Virus record (IMG/VR): IMGVR_UViG_3300023174_007844
Span: 1-64,000 of that record
From: a virus
Length of the DNA: 64,000 nucleotides
Direction: 5' to 3' (one strand)
Part shown: positions 38,391 to 45,272 of the stretch, piece after piece
Position numbering within the stretch: the stretch's first letter is position 1
How the letters are laid out: every line of letters begins with the position of its first letter
Program-made: the position numbers and the translations under genes
Notes under the pieces: generated by a model
What the model was told of the DNA's origin: nothing
The model's input: only the letters and a program-made list of their open reading frames with translations
Databases searched by the model: none

Positions 38391-38945
38391 TTACGCTCTC
38401 ACTTCAATTGTACATTTTACATCAACTTCATAATCAATGCAAAGGTCAGCCAATTTATCTAGCAAATTCAACTGACCAATCATAATAAGATTCATAGGTT
38501 TTGGGTCTGATATAGAAATTAATTCTAAAGCTGTTTCAATTCTTTTTTTCAAAGCTACTGGGTTGTAAGATTTGTTTTTAGAAAGACTTAAAGAATATAA
38601 AATAGGCAAAATATATTCATTAGTAATTTCTAATCTATTAGTGCCATCTTGAAGGTCACACATAAACAATTGAAAGCTATAAGCTACTAATGGTTTGTCT
38701 TCAATTATATATTCTCTGCAAAATTCATGATCGTAATTAAGCTCATATTTGAAGCTATTGTCTTTTAAGATCTTTTCCCATTCATTCATTGTTCTACGAT
38801 TATTCAATTCTAGAATATCTTGCAACAAAATGAGCATAATTGAGCTATAGTTTGATGGTGGAATTACTTGTCCTTTCCACAAAACATTTTCGGCACTTGG
38901 ATGCTGTTTAATATCTGGTTCAAAAACTAAAAGTGTATAGCTCAT
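38391..38945 (-). CDS. Hypothetical protein
   Basis: TAAAAT-N6-ATG upstream. Confidence 0.65.
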   Translation of the reverse strand: MSYTLLVFEPDIKQHPSAENVLWKGQVIPPSNYSSIMLILLQDILELNNRRTMNEWEKILKDNSFKYELNYDHEFCREYIIEDKPLVAYSFQLFMCDLQDGTNRLEITNEYILPILYSLSLSKNKSYNPVALKKRIETALELISISDPKPMNLIMIGQLNLLDKLADLCIDYEVDVKCTIEVRA

Positions 38946-38965
38946 AATCTTATTTTACATTAAGA

Positions 38966-39436
38966 TTATTCTGGGACAATTAGCTTCTCATATGTTTCAA
39001 AAAATTCCTGAGAAGCAATCCTGTACACTTCAAGATAATTTGGAGAAGGTGAAACAATATAATCTCCAGGCTTTAATGACATTAATCTGCCCCATTTTGC
39101 TACAAATTCAAGTTCAGAACCATAATATCTACAAGCAAGAATCTTACCTTTTGGGATGTAAATTGCACCTTGTTCATAATAATAGAAAAATTTATATCTA
39201 CTAAACAACATATCAGAAGGAACGATATATTCTTCTTGACATTCTGTTTGTAAATTTTTCACTACAAAATCGCCTTCTTTTGCATAATTTGTAGTTTCCA
39301 ATCCATCAGCGGTCCAAGTTTCTATATATTGATTTAATTGGGCAGGATAAGCATAAATTAAACAAGTTTTAAAATACTCTTGTCCATTGTCTCTTATTTC
39401 AGGAAAAAAATAAGAGTATGCTTCATCTTGTGTCAT
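38966..39436 (-). CDS. PGDYG-like hypothetical protein
   Basis: Two internal repeats: AKEGDFVV...F..RY and LKPGDYIV...FFETY. Confidence 0.55.
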   Translation of the reverse strand: MTQDEAYSYFFPEIRDNGQEYFKTCLIYAYPAQLNQYIETWTADGLETTNYAKEGDFVVKNLQTECQEEYIVPSDMLFSRYKFFYYYEQGAIYIPKGKILACRYYGSELEFVAKWGRLMSLKPGDYIVSPSPNYLEVYRIASQEFFETYEKLIVPE

Positions 39437-40281
39437 CAGGATTCAAGCATTTGTTCGATATTGAAAAGATTAGTTCCGATATCTCTTAGATTGGTATATA
39501 TTTCTGTTAGCTTTTTTACTTGTTCTTCAGGAAGATTATTAGGATTTTCAGCAGTGTTTACCATACGATAATTTTCATCATAATTGCTTTTGACATCCCC
39601 AATTACAGAGGATATAAAACTTTGCATATCATCTAATTTTCTAGAAATTTCATCTACATTTAATTCTGATAATTTAGAAATTACTTCAGAATATTGATCA
39701 GATGACGTGCCAGATTCATCTCCTAATTCAACTTCTGACCCTCTTCTAATATCTAATTCATCGCGGGTTATATCGTTTTTCTTAAGCCAATCTAATTGTT
39801 GTCTGGTAGGATTTGTGTAAATAGTTGCATTAGCTCTACCATTATTCAAGTTTATTCTCATAGCACCAGTGAGTTCAGAAAGTACGTGTCTATCAGATCT
39901 ATCTTTCAATGCTTCTGGATTTACACCTAATCTTGATAGTAAGTATTTATCAAACATTACGTGAGATCTTAAATTAGGAGTGACAGAACCATCAGGCATT
40001 ACGTAAAATGCTTCATATGGTGTGCTAAAATGTGTGTGGGTTTCTCTTGATCCACTTACCCAAGGACTAGATTGATCAAATTCAGACATAATTTTAGAAA
40101 TTTCTGAATTGATAGCTGCAACCATTTCTTGTTCAGATCCATACTTTTCAATTAATTTTCTTTTGATTGTATCTGCATCATCAGTTGATGGATCTATATA
40201 AGATTTAGAACGAAGCTCATTTTGAATAATTTGTTCTGCTTCTTCTTTGGAAATCGCTTGTTTAATAAATGAATACCACAT
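39436..40281 (-). CDS. MWY-leader protein (putative virion cargo)
   Basis: ATG 40281 gives MWYSFIKQA; late-type motif ends 8 nt upstream. Confidence 0.7.
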   Translation of the reverse strand: MWYSFIKQAISKEEAEQIIQNELRSKSYIDPSTDDADTIKRKLIEKYGSEQEMVAAINSEISKIMSEFDQSSPWVSGSRETHTHFSTPYEAFYVMPDGSVTPNLRSHVMFDKYLLSRLGVNPEALKDRSDRHVLSELTGAMRINLNNGRANATIYTNPTRQQLDWLKKNDITRDELDIRRGSEVELGDESGTSSDQYSEVISKLSELNVDEISRKLDDMQSFISSVIGDVKSNYDENYRMVNTAENPNNLPEEQVKKLTEIYTNLRDIGTNLFNIEQMLES

Positions 40282-40289
40282 ACCAATAA

Positions 40290-40317
40290 TATACTGGAAG
40301 AAATAAAAAAGACCCTG
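40290..40317 (-). promoter_or_regulatory. Putative phage late promoter (CAGG-N18-AGTATA) overlapping a terminator
   Basis: Fixed spacing; CAGG lies in the 3' arm of AAGACTCTGA-ataa-TCAGGGTCTTTTTT. Confidence 0.5.
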
Positions 40318-40318
40318 A

Positions 40319-40873
40319 TTATTCAGAGTCTTGATTGAAATCAAACTTTTGCTGTCCAGATATCAAACTATCTAATTTTTCACTAGTATCACAGCCATAA
40401 TTCATAATATTCTTAAAAGATTGGATTTCTTTACTTGACAAATCTAAATTGAAATGCTTTATTGCTACTTTGATATTTTCTTCCATTTCGTCAGGTGTAA
40501 ATATCGAATTGTGAATAGCAAACATTCCACTATCAATTCCTAAGCTATAAGATTCAGGACCAAAATTAAACTTATAATAAAGCAAATGTCTATAAGATCC
40601 ACCTTCTTTATAATAATTTTCAAAAATCATATTAGTGATATGGAAAAATAATAACAATTGATTATCTGTTTCTAAAGATTCAAAATATTCTTTAGCTTTT
40701 TGCTTGTATTCTTCTATAGCTTTTATTTCCATCTCAAAAAATTCTTTATATTCTTCAGAGTTCAAATAGTCAGTAAATGATTTATAACTTTTTCCATTTA
40801 TATCTGGCATTGGATTACCTGTACTTTCTCGTATTGAATCTTCTTTGCGTTGTCTAATTTCTTCCCAAGTCAT
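40319..40873 (-). CDS. Hypothetical protein
   Basis: 184 aa in a minus-strand operon. Confidence 0.7.
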   Translation of the reverse strand: MTWEEIRQRKEDSIRESTGNPMPDINGKSYKSFTDYLNSEEYKEFFEMEIKAIEEYKQKAKEYFESLETDNQLLLFFHITNMIFENYYKEGGSYRHLLYYKFNFGPESYSLGIDSGMFAIHNSIFTPDEMEENIKVAIKHFNLDLSSKEIQSFKNIMNYGCDTSEKLDSLISGQQKFDFNQDSE

Positions 40874-40874
40874 A

Positions 40875-41096
40875 TTAATCTTTTACAGGTTCAATATGAA
40901 TACACTGGGCTTCTTCTTTTCTCAATGCAATATGACTTTCTCTGCAGTTTACAACCATCATATTTGTATGTTGTTTGTTGAGAATTTTTATTTCACAACC
41001 AGGATTAAAACCTAATTCGGAAAGTCTTGTTCTGACAGTTCCGCATATTGATTCAATCCTATAAGTTTCACCAGCATAACCATCAAACAAAGTCAT
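40875..41096 (-). CDS. feoA: FeoA-family SH3-like protein
   Basis: GETYRI...RLSELGFNPGCEIKI...IALRKEEA..I. Confidence 0.85.
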   Translation of the reverse strand: MTLFDGYAGETYRIESICGTVRTRLSELGFNPGCEIKILNKQHTNMMVVNCRESHIALRKEEAQCIHIEPVKD

Positions 41097-41097
41097 T

Positions 41098-41544
41098 TCA
41101 CCACCACAATTCAAACCAAAGTTTAGAAAGATATTCTACCGCTAAACGAACATCATCAGTAAGTTTTTTTCTTTCTTCGATATCTACTGAATTGAAATAT
41201 TGGTCTGTAGCATAATAATTTTCAAAAGCTTGTACGATAAATCTCAACTTTTCGTAATAAGATTCTTCAGTTTCACCATTTGCAATTCCATTATTTACAT
41301 CCATAAATCTTTTCAATCTAGGAATAATAAATAATGCCATAGTGCGATCTAAATGCCAAGTTTCTGTGTCATCAAAACCATTTAAAAATCTTTGCTGACG
41401 ATGTTGTTCTTTTCGTTCTGAATCTTTTTCGTAAACATCATCAGCAACACTAAAGCAAATATTCTCAAGACCCTCTGGCTTTATAGATAATTGCAAGAAG
41501 TCTTTTGATTTCTTCTGGGTCGATTTTGATTCTTTTTGGCTCAT
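41098..41544 (-). CDS. Conserved phage hypothetical protein
   Basis: GFDDTETWHLD...IIPRLKRF...F.ELW pattern. Confidence 0.65.
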   Translation of the reverse strand: MSQKESKSTQKKSKDFLQLSIKPEGLENICFSVADDVYEKDSERKEQHRQQRFLNGFDDTETWHLDRTMALFIIPRLKRFMDVNNGIANGETEESYYEKLRFIVQAFENYYATDQYFNSVDIEERKKLTDDVRLAVEYLSKLWFELWW

Positions 41545-41546
41545 CT

Positions 41547-41741
41547 TTATCGCTCATTTTCTTCTTTATTGGCTATATCGTAATAATTCATACCATTACG
41601 TAAGCACCAAACTGAAAGAGCGCCTAAAAGAAAATCTGATGGCAATGTCCCAGTGGTTTTCCATACATGAGTTATAGCTACCAGAGCAACTACATACCAA
41701 AGTAAACCTGCAGCCTTGTTGTTGTCAATTTTATCTTGCAT
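41547..41741 (-). CDS. Small membrane protein
   Basis: Two hydrophobic segments; TATAAT-N7-ATG. Confidence 0.65.
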   Translation of the reverse strand: MQDKIDNNKAAGLLWYVVALVAITHVWKTTGTLPSDFLLGALSVWCLRNGMNYYDIANKEENER

Positions 41742-41758
41742 AATATTTATTATATCAT

Positions 41759-41788
41759 AAAAAAAGAAGGCTGTAAAGCCTTCTTTTT
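41759..41788. terminator. Bidirectional-type terminator
   Basis: AAAAAAGAAGGCT-gtaa-AGCCTTCTTTTT. Confidence 0.85.
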
Positions 41789-42029
41789 ATTTACTGAATT
41801 CTTGAAAGTATGGGCATTTTTGATAGCCAGAACCATCTCGTACCCATCCATTACCTTTGCAAGTTTCTTTGCCTTTCCCCAGACATTCACAAACTCCAAT
41901 TGGTTTACCATTTCTGATAATCATATTGTCAATTTTAGCTTGCTCTTCTGGTGTAAGGTCTAGAAATTCAGCAATAGATCCAACACGAAATCCAGCTTCT
42001 TCTAAACGCTTCTTTTTCTCATCAGTCAT
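41787..42029 (-). CDS. Antitoxin-N-terminus-like segment fused to a Cys4 Zn ribbon
   Basis: MTDEKKKRLEEAGFRVGSIAEFLDLTPEE + CEC...CKGNG...CP. Confidence 0.55.
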   Translation of the reverse strand: MTDEKKKRLEEAGFRVGSIAEFLDLTPEEQAKIDNMIIRNGKPIGVCECLGKGKETCKGNGWVRDGSGYQKCPYFQEFSK

Positions 42030-42435
42030 CGTATTCGTCTTCTTCATCATCAGATTCATCTAATGCTACTGCCAAATCTCCTGGTATTACGTCCCACATA
42101 AAACCCTTATCTTCAAGAGTATCCGTATTCCAAGGTTCTAATTCTTCAAGCCATTCTCTATAATCTTGGTATTTCTCATTATAAAGATCTTGAAGAGTGT
42201 CAAAGTCCAATTGATATTCTTTGCCATAAAATTTCATAGCTTTGTCAAAATATCTACAATCAGAATCTATTTCAAGATAAGCATAGCCTTCTTCATTAAG
42301 AGGATCTCTGCTAGTGCCAAGGAAAGAATAATCACTAATAATGTCAATGATATTTAAATCACTTATAAGTTCAAGATCAACTTTCCAATAATCGTGTCTA
42401 CCACAGTCTATAGCTTGAATTGTAACTTTTTCCAT
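42022..42435 (-). CDS. Hypothetical acidic phage protein
   Basis: D.G.H..W...ISDYS...AYLEIDSD. Confidence 0.65.
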   Translation of the reverse strand: MEKVTIQAIDCGRHDYWKVDLELISDLNIIDIISDYSFLGTSRDPLNEEGYAYLEIDSDCRYFDKAMKFYGKEYQLDFDTLQDLYNEKYQDYREWLEELEPWNTDTLEDKGFMWDVIPGDLAVALDESDDEEDEYDD

Positions 42436-42437
42436 AA

Positions 42438-43031
42438 TTAAAAACCTTTCGCTATTGTTGCGCTACGATGATCTGCCATATGAAAGAATTCAGCTTCTTT
42501 TGTCTTAGGGAGAAAAGCAGCACCCCATTCTACCCTGCCATGATGAGAAAGTAAAATATGACTTAAGTTTTCCTTTAATTCTTTTGGAAAATCATTTATT
42601 TGATCCATAGCAGAATAAACCCACATTGCAGACAAACATAAATGTCCAATGATTTTGCCTGTTTGCGTAAAAGTGTAATAAGCTTTATTATCAACTATTT
42701 CTTGCAATTCATACTCTTCTATTTTAGCAAGATCATGAAGTAATGCAGCAGAAATTAGTAAATCTAAATCGAGATTTTCATATTTGTATGACTTTAATAA
42801 TTCACAATCAAGAATACAAAACTCAGCCACTTCAATAGAATGCTCTAAAAGACCACCAGGATAAGCATGATGCATTCCTTTGGCTGCTGGAGCTTGTTCA
42901 AATTGGCTTCTATATTTTCCATTTTGCCCAACAAGATTTGCGCATAATTCAGATAAATATGGATTTTGAATTTTATTAATTAAGACATCAAGTTTTTTTA
43001 ATAAAATCAAATGTGCTTCTGTTGTAATCAT
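42438..43031 (-). CDS. HD-domain hydrolase (YhaM/Cbf1-like, lacking the OB fold)
   Basis: APAAKGMHHAYPGGLLEHS, ALLHDLAK, GH, ILSHHG, HMAD. Confidence 0.9.
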   Translation of the reverse strand: MITTEAHLILLKKLDVLINKIQNPYLSELCANLVGQNGKYRSQFEQAPAAKGMHHAYPGGLLEHSIEVAEFCILDCELLKSYKYENLDLDLLISAALLHDLAKIEEYELQEIVDNKAYYTFTQTGKIIGHLCLSAMWVYSAMDQINDFPKELKENLSHILLSHHGRVEWGAAFLPKTKEAEFFHMADHRSATIAKGF

Positions 43032-43180
43032 GGTGCTATTTTCTTTGCTATCCACTTTGCTAATCTAATAAAAATTTTCACTGCTAATGCTATCAGTGTA
43101 CCTAATATTGCAATGATAATTATTGGCCCAAAAGGCAATAATACCCAATGAACTGCGTTGAGCCAATCAAAAAATGTCAT
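43028..43180 (-). CDS. 50-aa single-pass membrane peptide (not in ORF track)
   Basis: MTFFDWLNAVHWVLLPFGPIIIIAILGTLIALAVKIFIRLAKWIAKKIAP; ATGA-coupled to the HD gene. Confidence 0.6.
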   Translation of the reverse strand: MTFFDWLNAVHWVLLPFGPIIIIAILGTLIALAVKIFIRLAKWIAKKIAP

Positions 43181-43182
43181 GT

Positions 43183-43407
43183 TTAATCTTCTGGATACAC
43201 TTTCTTTGGCTCTATGATTAAACTATAATTAACTTTTTCTTCTTCAAAACAATATCTTAATGAATCCAAAAACTCTTTTCTATCATTGTAATAAAGTTTT
43301 TGAAGCATCTTAATCATTTCTTCTTCTGACACTTCTGAATCTTCATCACCAGTAATATCAATGTCAAAAGATAAATTCAATTTGTATTTGGCCATTTTAT
43401 TCTTCAT
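43183..43407 (-). CDS. Hypothetical protein
   Basis: Operon packing. Confidence 0.55.
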   Translation of the reverse strand: MKNKMAKYKLNLSFDIDITGDEDSEVSEEEMIKMLQKLYYNDRKEFLDSLRYCFEEEKVNYSLIIEPKKVYPED

Positions 43408-43645
43408 CTACCTTTTTGTTACCGTCAACAATATGGTCTGTATCCCAATAATCAATGTCCCAATCATCAGCAATTAAATCACGAGGTTCTAAACCAAGAG
43501 TCCAATCCATCAATTCACAATCATCACTGTAATGATACACAAAGACTTCTTCATCTTTGTCGTAATACATATATTTTTGTTTCCAGGAAGTTCTAGTGAT
43601 TGGTTCACCTTCCATCAAAGCATCTAACACTTCAGAAAATTTCAT
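43397..43645 (-). CDS. DUF2829/Tad2-like protein
   Basis: MKFSEVLDALMEGEPITRTSW...DLIADDW. Confidence 0.65.
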   Translation of the reverse strand: MKFSEVLDALMEGEPITRTSWKQKYMYYDKDEEVFVYHYSDDCELMDWTLGLEPRDLIADDWDIDYWDTDHIVDGNKKVDEE

Positions 43646-43998
43646 TTGATTTCTCTTATTTTATCAAAAATTTTATTCCAATTATTGTCATCAACTAAAT
43701 CAATAGTAAATTCTTCTTCTTCACCTGTGTCGTGATTTATGCTATGCCATAAACCTTGCAAATTCCATATTTTGATATCAAGAGATGAATCAGTGTTATT
43801 TATATTCCATTCTAAAATGACATCATCTCCAACAGCAAATATTTTGGGCAAAGATAAATCTCTGGGATAATTTTTGGTCAAGAAATCAGAAAGCAAAACC
43901 AAATCTTCAGTGTAAAGTTCAGTGTATTCATTTGCTATCCAACCATTTGAAAATATTTCTTCAAACCTATCCCAAAAGTAAGTGAATTTTTCTTTCAT
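43642..43998 (-). CDS. Hypothetical protein
   Basis: ATGA-coupled operon gene. Confidence 0.65.
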   Translation of the reverse strand: MKEKFTYFWDRFEEIFSNGWIANEYTELYTEDLVLLSDFLTKNYPRDLSLPKIFAVGDDVILEWNINNTDSSLDIKIWNLQGLWHSINHDTGEEEEFTIDLVDDNNWNKIFDKIREIK

Positions 43999-44210
43999 TC
44001 TTGATTTACTTTCTTGAGAGTGTATTTTGCTTCCATAGGTAATATAAGAAATTTTATCTCCATCCAGTCAGTTTCACCAGATTGATGCTTTACTTTATTC
44101 TGTAGCTTATTATCCTGAAATCTCCAATAAGTGGTATTTTTCTCATCTTTCACACACAGAATATGCCCAGAATTTAAAATTTCAATTACCTGTGTTGGAA
44201 TAGGAAGCAT
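43995..44210 (-). CDS. Hypothetical protein
   Basis: Coupled operon gene. Confidence 0.55.
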   Translation of the reverse strand: MLPIPTQVIEILNSGHILCVKDEKNTTYWRFQDNKLQNKVKHQSGETDWMEIKFLILPMEAKYTLKKVNQE

Positions 44211-44479
44211 TAATCAACCTCAAAACTTTTCCTAAATGTTTCTCTAACATTTTGATCCCACAACAATTCAGATGCAAAACCAAGAGTACCAGAGTCAAAA
44301 TGAATCCAAACAGTTTTACCATCATCAGAAAGACTTACTTCTATAATATCATTTTTATTGTGTTGAAATTCTTCACAACAAATATGGGCAATTTCTTGTA
44401 AATATTTTTTGAATCTAACAAAACTATAAATACGCCCTCTTACATATTGTTCACTTAATATCTTTGGATCAGCTTCCAT
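44210..44479 (-). CDS. Hypothetical protein
   Basis: Coupled operon gene. Confidence 0.6.
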   Translation of the reverse strand: MEADPKILSEQYVRGRIYSFVRFKKYLQEIAHICCEEFQHNKNDIIEVSLSDDGKTVWIHFDSGTLGFASELLWDQNVRETFRKSFEVD

Positions 44480-44669
44480 TTAACACTCGCAATGATAAGA
44501 AAAACAAAGCACTCAACATCCCACTAATAATTAGTAAAGAAGAAGTGAATTGTAAAAAAGATCGATCTTTTACAACCACAGTCTTATATGCCCCTATGAG
44601 AAAGTAAGACCAACTCATAAGAGCAAATAAAAAGACAATGGATAGAATTATAATCTTAATATTTTCCAT
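44469..44669 (-). CDS. Small two-TM membrane protein
   Basis: Two hydrophobic stretches. Confidence 0.6.
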   Translation of the reverse strand: MENIKIIILSIVFLFALMSWSYFLIGAYKTVVVKDRSFLQFTSSLLIISGMLSALFFLSLRVLNGS

Positions 44670-45201
44670 CTTTTATGTCCTGTTGATGTTTATCCACTTC
44701 TGCCACAACATCAACACTTTCCCAATCATCAGCAATTAAATCTAAATAAATAAGCTTGCCGTATCTAGCATATTTACCAACACCCCAATCAGGATGCCAA
44801 CTTTTACGTCTGATTGTTTTTCCGGCATTTAAATCATCCAATACATCTTTGAATAATTTATTTGGAACCACAACCCAATCTTCAGCAAAAAGATCTTCAG
44901 TGGTGATTGTAGATTCTGCGTGATCATATTTTTTAGGAAATAATGTAAGACTAGGGTTGCCTTCTCTTGACATCATTTTGCCATGCCCTAACATTTTGAT
45001 AGCCCAATTGATATCTCTCTTAAGCTCGATATTATTCACCTTAAGAAAACTATCAAAATTACTTCCAATATGCTTGTTCTCTAAAGCATAAGGCAAATAA
45101 TCTTCACCTGGATCGATATAATTCATAGCTGCCTTATTCAATTTTGCTTTTTTAATTTCGACATCATAAAAATATTTTTGATTTTTAGGTAATTTATCCA
45201 T
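44656..45201 (-). CDS. Tandem DUF2829/Tad2-like protein with an antitoxin-like N-terminal segment
   Basis: NKHIGSNFDSFL; AIKMLGHGKMMSR...EDLFAEDW; VLDDLNAGKTIRRKSW...DLIADDW. Confidence 0.6.
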   Translation of the reverse strand: MDKLPKNQKYFYDVEIKKAKLNKAAMNYIDPGEDYLPYALENKHIGSNFDSFLKVNNIELKRDINWAIKMLGHGKMMSREGNPSLTLFPKKYDHAESTITTEDLFAEDWVVVPNKLFKDVLDDLNAGKTIRRKSWHPDWGVGKYARYGKLIYLDLIADDWESVDVVAEVDKHQQDIKDGKY

Positions 45202-45220
45202 ATCTTATAATACCATAAAA

Positions 45221-45254
45221 AAATGAACTTGTAAGAAATCCTTACAAGTTCATT
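45221..45254 (-). terminator. Intrinsic terminator after the FN3 gene
   Basis: AATGAACTTGTAAG-aaatc-CTTACAAGTTCATT with a T-tract on the minus strand. Confidence 0.8.
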
Positions 45255-45272
45255 AACACAAAAACAATCTAT

